Source: a virus (taxonomy: Duplodnaviria > Caudoviricetes). From it: DNA of 56,092 nucleotides. The stretch spans positions 1-56,092 of IMG/VR virus record IMGVR_UViG_3300036851_000592. One strand, given 5' to 3'. The translations under genes were made by a program, and so were the position numbers. Each line of letters begins with the position of its first letter. Position 1 is the first letter of the stretch. Positions 18,333 through 26,532 of the stretch are shown here, in pieces. The notes under the pieces were generated by a model. The model had not been told where the DNA came from. It made no database searches and saw only the letters and a program-made list of their open reading frames with translations.

Positions 18333-18960
18333 GGAGCGCCAGGCCCTCCTCGATCGTAACCCGCGGGAACACCTTGATGCCGGAATAGGGACAGGCATTG
18401 AACACTTCGATCTTCGCTTCGGCCAGAGCCTTCGCCGGATGCGCGTAACATTCAGCCCAGGCCTTCCACGCCTTTTCGCTTTGCGTGCGTTTCTTGCCGT
18501 AGTGCTGCTCGTTGTGATGCCATTTGCCATCGGCGCTCTTGCCATAGTCATAGCCGAACAGCACGATCCGGCGCGGCCGCTTGAGGTAAGCAAGATTGAG
18601 CGCGCCATAGCCTGAGGTTCCGCCGGCCGCGATCGCTGTCGGAACTTTCGAAATCATCTGATGGTTGATGCGCAAAACGAAATTCACGTTCGGCAGGACG
18701 GGAAGCGTGTTCCGCTCGGCGACCGCCCACACGATCGGCATAGTCACCTGAGCCAGGCGCGGCGCCCATTCGATGTAGCGCGGCCCGTCGAGCCCGAATC
18801 CAAGGTCCGCCCATGGCATGTCGAAAATCGAGCCTTTGACCGCTAATACCCGCCAACGCGGGTCGCGGAACCGGTTAAGATCGAAACCAGCGAGCGACGT
18901 TCCGCCGGCGACGACGGCTAATGGCTTATCGCCCCAATCGGCCGGACCTACGTCGCCCAT
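18319..18960 (-). CDS. MptE/Maf-like (GT29-related) putative glycosyltransferase
   Basis: AVVAGGTSL, GGTSGYGALNLA, IVLFGYD, VFNAC motifs. Confidence 0.65.
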   Translation of the reverse strand: MGDVGPADWGDKPLAVVAGGTSLAGFDLNRFRDPRWRVLAVKGSIFDMPWADLGFGLDGPRYIEWAPRLAQVTMPIVWAVAERNTLPVLPNVNFVLRINHQMISKVPTAIAAGGTSGYGALNLAYLKRPRRIVLFGYDYGKSADGKWHHNEQHYGKKRTQSEKAWKAWAECYAHPAKALAEAKIEVFNACPYSGIKVFPRVTIEEGLALLGKP

Positions 18961-19688
18961 TGGTTTAGCTCCTTCATGAACTCTTGAGCGAACGGCACTT
19001 TTGAGAAACCCGGGACGCATGGCGATCCATCCGTGTGATGTACGATCTTCGGCTCTATAGCAGAGTCGGAGTAACCTGCGAGCCAATTCCAGGCAACCGG
19101 CAGATCGCCGATAAGGCGGTCCTCAAGCCAGCAGAAGCGATGAAGATCGCGGCCGGGCACCGCGTTCACGAGTTCTTTCGTGAGCGCGGCATTGGCCGCG
19201 TGAGCGCAGTTGAACAGCATCAGGCTCGACCAATTCTTACGCGGATATGCCGCCTGCGGCTGACCCGCCATCTTGACCGATGACGACGGAACGTGATCGT
19301 GCTTCACGCACATCACCGCGAAGCTCGAGTCGGCCGAGGCAAAAAGTTCCTCGAGATTCGCGCGCACGAGCATGTCGCAATCCATAAACAGCGCCCAGCC
19401 CTTGCGACCGGCCGCCTCGCGCACGGCGAGATGAGGGACAAGGAACCGCGAGATTGCGAATTCAGTTGCCATTCCGGCATCGCTGATCTCGTCCCACATC
19501 TGCCGGCGGCCGCGCTCGTCGACCGAATATCGCGTCGGCCGCCAGTACAAACCCTGCGCCCGAAGATCATCGAGCACGAGGCCATGAACCGGGATCGGCT
19601 CGACGAGATGCCGCTCGCAAGAGCGCCTCGCGACTGCGAACGCCGCGGCGTCGCGAGGGTCAAAGCCGATCCAGATACTGCGGTCCAC
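18948..19688 (-). CDS. GT8-like glycosyltransferase
   Basis: WIGFDPR, TEFAISRFLVP, FMDCDML (DxD), YPRKNWSS, HHTDGSP. Confidence 0.82.
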   Translation of the reverse strand: MDRSIWIGFDPRDAAAFAVARRSCERHLVEPIPVHGLVLDDLRAQGLYWRPTRYSVDERGRRQMWDEISDAGMATEFAISRFLVPHLAVREAAGRKGWALFMDCDMLVRANLEELFASADSSFAVMCVKHDHVPSSSVKMAGQPQAAYPRKNWSSLMLFNCAHAANAALTKELVNAVPGRDLHRFCWLEDRLIGDLPVAWNWLAGYSDSAIEPKIVHHTDGSPCVPGFSKVPFAQEFMKELNQWAT

Positions 19689-19719
19689 GCGCGCGGGGCC
19701 TCCCTCTTCAAAAAAGAGG

Positions 19720-20778
19720 CTATGCGCGCCGGGCGCGCTGCAGCATTGCCGGGCGCGTGCAGAGGAAGAGCGGATAGCTGTAAACCTCGACCTTCACCCA
19801 TGCGCCGCGGTCGCGGTCAGGGATCTGCATGCCATAGACGGGCTGGCCCAGCGTGTTGATCCACGGCATGAACTCGGCCGGGCCCATGACGTGCTGAAAG
19901 ACGCCAGGCGCGTTGACCGGAAAGAACTTCGCCTTGTCAGTCGGAATGCCGACCGTCGAGGCATCCGCTGTCCCATCGGTCGCACCCTCGTCGTAATTGT
20001 CGGTGCCGCGATAGTTGTGCCAGTAGATCTTGCCGAAATAGAACGTGTCGAACTCGTTGGCCTCGCGAAGCTCGGCCGCCGCCGACCAGCTCAGATAGGT
20101 ATCGCGCACCTTGGGATGATCGACGAAGGCGTCCCAGAACGCATCGCCGACAAGCGCATGCACCTGCGTCGTAGGCATCCATGAGCCGGCCGCCGCGCGC
20201 TGCATCTGCCGGCGCACTTGGTTGCAAAGCCCGCGGATGTTCGTCGTCGCCGTGGTCAGCGCGAAGTTGATTTCAGTCGCCTGCGTCGCGCTCCACTCGG
20301 TAAACCAGTTTTCGAGTGTCGAGCCATCGGCGTCGAGCACGATGCCCTGGACGGCGCCGAGACGCATGTGCTCGAACGTGAGGCTGATGTCCGCCTGAAT
20401 GCCGTTCGCGCCCGTGTAGCGGCGCTGCACTTCCGCCATGACTTGCGACAGCTCGGTTTCTGACCCGAATTCGCGGATGCCGGTCAATTCGTCGGCCATA
20501 ATCGTGTCGCCCTTGGCGAGACGATGGATGCCGAAATTTCGGATATCGCGTTTCTCGGTCGTGCGCTGATCGATCGGGGCACCACGCTCGGTCGCCAAAA
20601 TAAGCTTGAGCACGCCGTTGCGCTGCTCGATCGCGACGTATTTGTTGCGGATGGGAACCGGATCGAACAGGCCGGGCATCGAACCCAGCATGGTCGGCCG
20701 GAACGGCTGACGGTTAAACGCGCCGGTCAGGGAGACCGTGTCAAACGCGTCCTGGTTGAAGATGTCCAACATGACCAT
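19720..20778 (-). CDS. Major capsid protein (lambda gpE-like)
   Basis: MLDIFNQDAF, EHMRLGAVQGIVLDADG, SYPLFLCTRP. Confidence 0.92.
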   Translation of the reverse strand: MVMLDIFNQDAFDTVSLTGAFNRQPFRPTMLGSMPGLFDPVPIRNKYVAIEQRNGVLKLILATERGAPIDQRTTEKRDIRNFGIHRLAKGDTIMADELTGIREFGSETELSQVMAEVQRRYTGANGIQADISLTFEHMRLGAVQGIVLDADGSTLENWFTEWSATQATEINFALTTATTNIRGLCNQVRRQMQRAAAGSWMPTTQVHALVGDAFWDAFVDHPKVRDTYLSWSAAAELREANEFDTFYFGKIYWHNYRGTDNYDEGATDGTADASTVGIPTDKAKFFPVNAPGVFQHVMGPAEFMPWINTLGQPVYGMQIPDRDRGAWVKVEVYSYPLFLCTRPAMLQRARRA

Positions 20779-20808
20779 GATCGGAGTTCCTTTTCTCGAT
20801 GCTGGGCG

Positions 20809-21186
20809 TTAACGAGCGACGATGTCGATCGCCTTGAGCGCGGTCACGTAGGCCGCCTCTCGCGGGTTGTCGGTATCATCGGCAGGGATGGTGAGTTCGG
20901 AGAGATTGACGACGCTGTCGCGTGCCGTATAGACGGCGCCAGTGACGTCGCCATCGGTCGCGTCGACATTGTCGTACATCACTCCAACGGGCGCCGTGAT
21001 CACAGCGTCAGCGGAATTCAAGAGGCCATCCGCGGCGATGATCTTTCCGGCGCCATCAAGCTGCACGACCTGACCGGCGACGAGAACCTGACCGCTAAGC
21101 ACGGTCGCGGTTTCGCGCGAGAACTGAGGATCAGCCTCCCACACGATGTACTCGCCGGTGTGTTTGCCTTCAGTGAGGACAGACAT
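20809..21186 (-). CDS. Head decoration protein (gpD-like)
   Basis: LTEGKHTGEYIVWEA...SRE, DNVDATDGD...ARD. Confidence 0.85.
   Translation of the reverse strand: MSVLTEGKHTGEYIVWEADPQFSRETATVLSGQVLVAGQVVQLDGAGKIIAADGLLNSADAVITAPVGVMYDNVDATDGDVTGAVYTARDSVVNLSELTIPADDTDNPREAAYVTALKAIDIVAR
20937..20967 (-). other. Protospacer for spacer 1, in the head decoration gene
   Basis: 29/31 identity to 55390-55420; mismatches at positions 1 and 26. Confidence 0.93.
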
Positions 21187-21242
21187 ATGTTGATCTCCTC
21201 GGTTTCAGAATTTCGATCTACCGCGCCGACCGGCGCTACGCG

Positions 21243-22403
21243 CTACTTACCGGCGAAGATGTTGGCCGTGGCGTTCACCTTCTTCGCGGCTTCGTCCCAC
21301 ATCGAATTGATAGATGCGCGATCGCTGCCGCCGCTTGCCTGATGCTGGCCTCTGATCGGCGTCGTCTCGCCGACCGCGGTCATCTTCGTGAAAAGCTGAG
21401 CGCGGACGTGCTCCATGCTGGCGCCCGAGGCGATGAATTGATCGGCAAGCTTCGCGTCGATCGCCGGGCACTGCTTGTGCGCGAGCGCCACCGCCGCGCG
21501 GATTTCCTTGCCGCTCTCGATGCGGGCTTTCGCCTGCTCGATGGTCACGCCTTCCTTGATCAGCGTCGCGGCCATCGCCGGAACGCCGGCGGTGGCGCAT
21601 AGCGTCGCGATTTCAGCGGCCGCGTTGGCGATCGCCTGAGCATCGACGGGTGCCGGCGGCGCGGCCGGCGCAGGAGTCGGAGTCGTCGTCATTTTGGATT
21701 TCTCCTTCGGTTGACCGGCGGCGCGGGCGTCCGCCAGTTGAGCAATCATCAAGGCCGGATCGAAGTGCCCGGCTTTGGCCCAGACTTCGGCCTTCGCCTT
21801 GAGCGGCTCGGGCGCGCGCAGATAGGCGCGGAAATCGAACGCCGTTACATCCTCGGCCGGGTCTTCGATCTTGCCCGTGGCAAAGCCCGCCTCGATCGCC
21901 TCGTCGTCATCGAGCCAGGTTTCCTCACCCATGAGCTTCTTGCATTCAGCCTCGGTCTTGCCTGAGCGGCGCGCGTAGATTTTCGCCATCTGCAGATCCA
22001 TCTTGTCGAGCACCTTGGCGGTCATCCGGTGATCGTCGGCCGTGCCCCAGGTCATGCCCGAGCCGTTGTGGATCATGATCAGCGAACCGGCAGCCATGAT
22101 GATCTGGTCGCCGGCCATCCCGATCACCGAAGCGGCGCTCGCCATCAGCGAATCGTTGACGATCGTCACCTTCACGGCGCCGTCAGCCTTGTGCGCGACG
22201 AGCAGATTGTGAATAGCAACGCCCTCGGTTGCAAAGCCGCCGCCCGAATTGATGTGGACCTCGATATCGCCCGTGGTCTCGGCGAGCGCGTTCAACACAT
22301 CGGCGACAGTGAAGCCATTTTGGTCCCAATAATCGAAATATCCGACCGGGCCATAGAGATAGATCTTGCCATTTCTAATCAGACGGCTTGTCATCGACGA
22401 CAT
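21243..22403 (-). CDS. ClpP-like head maturation protease with C-terminal scaffold
   Basis: INSGGG, ASAASVI, MIHN, EETWL..EAIEAGFA. Confidence 0.9.
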   Translation of the reverse strand: MSSMTSRLIRNGKIYLYGPVGYFDYWDQNGFTVADVLNALAETTGDIEVHINSGGGFATEGVAIHNLLVAHKADGAVKVTIVNDSLMASAASVIGMAGDQIIMAAGSLIMIHNGSGMTWGTADDHRMTAKVLDKMDLQMAKIYARRSGKTEAECKKLMGEETWLDDDEAIEAGFATGKIEDPAEDVTAFDFRAYLRAPEPLKAKAEVWAKAGHFDPALMIAQLADARAAGQPKEKSKMTTTPTPAPAAPPAPVDAQAIANAAAEIATLCATAGVPAMAATLIKEGVTIEQAKARIESGKEIRAAVALAHKQCPAIDAKLADQFIASGASMEHVRAQLFTKMTAVGETTPIRGQHQASGGSDRASINSMWDEAAKKVNATANIFAGK

Positions 22404-23922
22404 CCTTCTTTGGCTGTTGCGCGACGCCGGCGACCGTCACCTTGCGCGGATCGCTATCGAGCACGAGGCCAAGTTCATCGGCGCGGCGATTGTCCTCGGC
22501 TATCTCTTCGTCGACGGTCTGAACCGCGTAGCCGCGCTCGGACACATGCGTCGCGCGCGACAGGAAGCCTGCGCGAACTTCGTCCCGGCGCGCGGCAACG
22601 TCCTGCGTCGGATTGATGTAAGGCCAAGCCTGAGGCGCCCATTTCACCCGCACGACGTCGCGAAGCGTTACGCCATTGCGCAACCTGATTTTGCCAGCGA
22701 GCCAGGCTGTCTCGGCCCAGCGCCTGAGGACAGGCGCGGCCCACTGAAAGACGACGAGGCCATGCTGATACATTTCGACGGCGCGGCGGAATTCGTTGAC
22801 GGCAGCGCGCCATGTCCGGTCGTTGACGTGCTTGTAGTTGCCGGAAAGCTGTTCAAACAGAATGCCGGCCGCGACCGCGACGCGGCGTTCCTGACCTTCC
22901 ATGAAAGATTCGTAAGAATCTTCAAGTTTCGGCGGGTCGGAGAAGGTGATCTCCTGATCAGCGCGCAATAAATTCATGAGGCCAGGCTCGAGGCTCGCGA
23001 TTGCGACGCCGTCCTCATTGGCGTCGCCTTGACCTGAGAGAATCTCGTTCTCGTTGCCAGTCTGCGGGCCGCCTCTGACGAAACCGGTGAACAGCGCTCC
23101 GATCTGCTGTTTGACAAGTTGCGCGTCGTCATACTTGTCGAGATCGTGGAGCTTCATGAGCGCGCGTGTTAGCCACGGCTCGCCGCGGATTTCGCCCGGC
23201 CGCCGCACCTGGGACAATTGCAACACCTCGCTCGCAGGCACCCTCACGGTATCGGCCGAGAAGGCGAAGCCAAGCATCCCGAAATCGAACGGATGCTGGC
23301 GATACATGTGGTAAGCCACGCGCCGGTCGAGCCGATCGAATTCTATTCCCTGGCGGATGATGCTGTTGGGTCCGACCCACTCGTTCTTTTCGTTCGGGAC
23401 GAATTCCGACTCGACCACCTGAAGCTGAAGCGGAACGACGAAGCCATCATCGAGCGCGCGCACGCGGAATCGGGTGAAACAATCGCCGCCCTCAAACATC
23501 GAGCCGACCGCCGTCGCCTGCAGACCATAGAAATCCTGCCGGCCGTATGAGTCGCATTCCGCGCTCCAGTCCTCGAACAGATCGACCAGTTCCCGGTTCA
23601 GGTCTTTGTCCTTCGTGCGGAATTGCGGCGTGATGCCGGTGCCGACGAAATTGACGACTGTCGTGCGCTTGGCATTATCGGCCAGGCCGTCTCGCCTGAT
23701 CTTGTCGCGCGAGCGCGCGCGCAAGGTGGGAAGCGCCGCGCCGAGCAGGCTATTGGGCCCGCTCGATGGCGCGACCCAATTGGAGGTGCGAGGACTCACG
23801 TAGCCGCCGGCGTCATAGCCGGTGTTGAGCCCGGCCGATCGGACGATTTCCGAGCGAATCGCCGGAACATAGACTTTCGAGCCTTTGATTCGGTAGCGCA
23901 TCGCTGCCACCTGATCGGGCAT
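22375..23922 (-). CDS. Portal protein, lambda family
   Basis: LRARSRD, VGTGITP, QGIEFD, RPGEIRGEPW. Confidence 0.92.
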   Translation of the reverse strand: MPDQVAAMRYRIKGSKVYVPAIRSEIVRSAGLNTGYDAGGYVSPRTSNWVAPSSGPNSLLGAALPTLRARSRDKIRRDGLADNAKRTTVVNFVGTGITPQFRTKDKDLNRELVDLFEDWSAECDSYGRQDFYGLQATAVGSMFEGGDCFTRFRVRALDDGFVVPLQLQVVESEFVPNEKNEWVGPNSIIRQGIEFDRLDRRVAYHMYRQHPFDFGMLGFAFSADTVRVPASEVLQLSQVRRPGEIRGEPWLTRALMKLHDLDKYDDAQLVKQQIGALFTGFVRGGPQTGNENEILSGQGDANEDGVAIASLEPGLMNLLRADQEITFSDPPKLEDSYESFMEGQERRVAVAAGILFEQLSGNYKHVNDRTWRAAVNEFRRAVEMYQHGLVVFQWAAPVLRRWAETAWLAGKIRLRNGVTLRDVVRVKWAPQAWPYINPTQDVAARRDEVRAGFLSRATHVSERGYAVQTVDEEIAEDNRRADELGLVLDSDPRKVTVAGVAQQPKKDVVDDKPSD

Positions 23923-24134
23923 CAGCTCAGCCCCTTCGAAGTGGCGAAGCGCACGGCCTTCGTTCGCCGTATGCCCGCGGCACCGGCGATGTCCGCCTGC
24001 ATGATTGCTTGGAGTTCGAGCATATCCTCGAGGTCCGGGTAATCGACTTCGCGGTCGGTGTATTTGACGCGCTTAACGCCCTGGGCGATAGCCTGGGTAA
24101 GGGCATCGAGCTGGGCCTGGGTATAAATCGCCAT
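23922..24134 (-). CDS. Head completion protein (gpW-like)
   Basis: YTQAQLDALTQAIAQGVKRVKYTDREVDY. Confidence 0.85.
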   Translation of the reverse strand: MAIYTQAQLDALTQAIAQGVKRVKYTDREVDYPDLEDMLELQAIMQADIAGAAGIRRTKAVRFATSKGLS

Positions 24135-24274
24135 CGTTGCGTAATATCGCGAAGATGGTCCTAGCACAAGGGGTGGGGCCTCCACCGGCTGGCCTGCCAA
24201 GACTTAGTGGGTGCTATCACGGGAAGCGCCCTGAGCCGATGGAGGTAGCGGGCATCCTGACCAATCATGATGCG

Positions 24275-24332
24275 AAAAGCAATGGCATTGCTCGGATGTG
24301 GACTTGCGCCGGTGCGGCATCAGAGCGAAGGT
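24275..24332 (+). promoter_or_regulatory. Diverged copy of the operator/promoter block
   Basis: AGCAATG-G-CATTGCT palindrome then GACTTGCGC...AGAGCGA, same layout as 25045 and 50087. Confidence 0.6.
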
Positions 24333-24443
24333 CCACCTTGCGTCCAACTAGTGGGCGTGAACCTGGCGAACACAAAATCGCTTCCCGCGCTTTTCGCCAA
24401 AGCGATCCTTAATGGACGGGAGTGGTTTGAAAGGAAACTAGCC

Positions 24444-24791
24444 ATGAAATGGACTCTGTTCAAAGACGCGATGCCGGCCATCGGTCAGCCGCTCGTCATT
24501 TTGTATTTGGACTTCGCCGAGGTCGGATTGACATTTTGTCATACCCGCACCGGATGGCTCGAAGAGCGTGGATTCGGCAACGTCATCATGGATGCCGGCA
24601 ATCAATTGAGCGATTACGAACATGCCACACTCGAGAAGTGGGGGGCTTGGGCGTATCTTCATGAGGCCACGTCCGAAGCAATCGCTGGATGTGCGTTCGC
24701 CAAGGGGCACACCGAAGTGATCACCTTCGAAGGCACCGGGATGACGGTCTCGGTCGAGACTAACGAGATGCTCGAATACGCTACGGTGTAG
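24444..24791 (+). CDS. Hypothetical protein
   Basis: AAGGA RBS and ATG 24444. Confidence 0.6.
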   Translation: MKWTLFKDAMPAIGQPLVILYLDFAEVGLTFCHTRTGWLEERGFGNVIMDAGNQLSDYEHATLEKWGAWAYLHEATSEAIAGCAFAKGHTEVITFEGTGMTVSVETNEMLEYATV

Positions 24792-24793
24792 TC

Positions 24794-25012
24794 GTGATCA
24801 GGATCGACAGGAATATTCCGCTTCCGCCATACAAAGCCAAGGGAAGGAGACCGGGCAACATTTACCCGTTTCGCATGATGGCGATCGGAGATAGCTTTTT
24901 TACCGAGAACGTCCGGGCCTTCAATTCTGTGCCGAATGGATTCGGCCGATGGGAGTCTCGAACGATCGAAGAGAAGGGCAAGCGAGGCATCAGGATTTGG
25001 CGGATCGGCTGA
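24794..25012 (+). CDS. Small basic putative DNA-binding protein
   Basis: IDRNIPLP...YPF..M.IGDSFF...GIRIWRI, a recurrent phage small-protein pattern. Confidence 0.65.
   Translation: MIRIDRNIPLPPYKAKGRRPGNIYPFRMMAIGDSFFTENVRAFNSVPNGFGRWESRTIEEKGKRGIRIWRIG
24841..24870 (-). other. Protospacer for spacer 4 (perfect match)
   Basis: 30/30 reverse complement of 55590-55619. Confidence 0.97.
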
Positions 25013-25015
25013 GAA

Positions 25016-25039
25016 AAAGGGGCGCTTTGGCGCCCCTTT
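25016..25039. terminator. Intrinsic terminator, possibly bidirectional
   Basis: AAAGGGGCGC-TTTG-GCGCCCCTTT. Confidence 0.7.
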
Positions 25040-25044
25040 CCATC

Positions 25045-25153
25045 AAAAAAGCAATGCCATTGCTCCGAATCGACTTGCGCAAAACGGCGATTAGAGCGAT
25101 GTTGTTTTCATTGAACGGGGCAGCGCCCCACCTGAGGAGGACCAGCCGATGAC
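25045..25153 (+). promoter_or_regulatory. 109-bp block (palindrome, putative promoter, RBS, ATG), copy A
   Basis: Identical to 50087-50195. Confidence 0.85.
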
Positions 25154-25462
25154 AATTTCCCTGATTACCGAGCACCGCGATTGCGCGATGATAGCGGGTG
25201 ACGAAGAAAAGACCGTTGTCGGTCATATCAAGCGGCATGGACGGTCGAGGCCTTCGGCATGAGTTCCGAACATTCCTTTGTGAGCCTCGCCGCCGCCGAG
25301 TATTGGCTTCTCGCGATGGTCATCGAGTTCGCGGAACTGAACAAGGAGGCATGAAAGGAGGTTCACCTTCGAAGGCGCCCAGCCCGGCATTTCCCCTCGC
25401 CGGGCTCAGGGCAGTGCAAGGCCTTCGATGTGAGGGCCGGAACCGAAGAGGGACTAACGACG

Positions 25463-26065
25463 ATGAAACTCTCCGACACTCAACTGGTGATCCTCACCAA
25501 GGCGGCTGGCCGCGATGACGGCTCAGTCTACCCGCTTCCGCGCGGGCTCAAGGATGGCGCGGCGACCCGGGTGCTTAACACCCTGATCAAGACGAAACTC
25601 ATTGAAGAGGTAGAGGCCAAGCGCGGCGAGACCATGTTCCGCGAGACCGGTGATGGTCACGGAGTAACGCTGGTGATCACCAAGCGCGGTCTCGAAGCGA
25701 TCGACGGCGACGGAGGCGACGCGAAGGTGACCGAGCCGAAGACGAAGGCCAAGCCCGCGCCCACGCCAAAGAAGCAGAAGGACGCCGCGAAGACCAAGGC
25801 TGCGGCCCGCGCCGAACGCAAGGCGACGGCCAAGCCGAAGGCGGCCGCCGCCGCCGAGCGCGCCCCGCGCGACTCGAAGCAGGCCAAGATGATCGAAATG
25901 CTAAAACGCCCGAATGGCGCCTCGGTTGACGAGATCGCGGCTGAGTTCGGCTGGCTCAAGCACACGACTCGCGCGGCGGTTTCAGTCGCGGTTCGCAAGC
26001 TCGGGCTCACGTCGACGGCGACGAAGGAAGAGAACCGCGGAACGGTCTACCGGATCGCGGCCTAA
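25463..26065 (+). CDS. DUF3489-like protein (C-terminal winged helix)
   Basis: MKLSDTQLVIL..AA.R.DG and KQAKMIEMLKRPNGASVDEIAAEFGWLKHTTRAAVS. Confidence 0.85.
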   Translation: MKLSDTQLVILTKAAGRDDGSVYPLPRGLKDGAATRVLNTLIKTKLIEEVEAKRGETMFRETGDGHGVTLVITKRGLEAIDGDGGDAKVTEPKTKAKPAPTPKKQKDAAKTKAAARAERKATAKPKAAAAAERAPRDSKQAKMIEMLKRPNGASVDEIAAEFGWLKHTTRAAVSVAVRKLGLTSTATKEENRGTVYRIAA

Positions 26066-26071
26066 TCAATC

Positions 26072-26097
26072 GGGGCGGCCAAGCGCCGCCCCATTTT
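26072..26097 (+). terminator. Intrinsic terminator
   Basis: GGGGCGG...CCGCCCC followed by ATTTT. Confidence 0.65.
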
Positions 26098-26122
26098 CTC
26101 TCTCACACACAGGAGTTTCCAA

Positions 26123-26335
26123 ATGAACGATGTTAAGATCCGCTGGGATCAGACTTCATATGACACGAGCGGTCGCTTGGCTGATGTGATCGGCGGTCGA
26201 CTGCTCGTCAAGCGCTCGCGCCCGCGCGCCCGCACATTCGATGGGAAGTTCAACGGTCGATTCCTTGGCTGCTGGCCTTCACGCGATGAAGCCATGGCGG
26301 CCGTTGAACGCATATATCGGGAGGGTTTGCTATGA
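26123..26335 (+). CDS. Hypothetical protein
   Basis: AGGAG RBS. Confidence 0.6.
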   Translation: MNDVKIRWDQTSYDTSGRLADVIGGRLLVKRSRPRARTFDGKFNGRFLGCWPSRDEAMAAVERIYREGLL

Positions 26336-26529
26336 CTTCCTACCGCCGCGTGATCAATCTTCACCTGATGACCTCGCCTTCGCCTGACGGCTTGCCGCGC
26401 TACAAGTGCGTCGCCACCACGAACACTCACGAGCCCGCCGTTGGCGCGATCCTGACCGAGGACGAAGTCAAGGAATGGCTCGAGAAGGTCGCGCGACCAA
26501 GCGAAAATCTCACCATCAATTTCAGGTGA
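26332..26529 (+). CDS. Hypothetical protein
   Basis: ATGA coupling to the previous ORF. Confidence 0.55.
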   Translation: MTSYRRVINLHLMTSPSPDGLPRYKCVATTNTHEPAVGAILTEDEVKEWLEKVARPSENLTINFR

Positions 26530-26532
26530 CGA

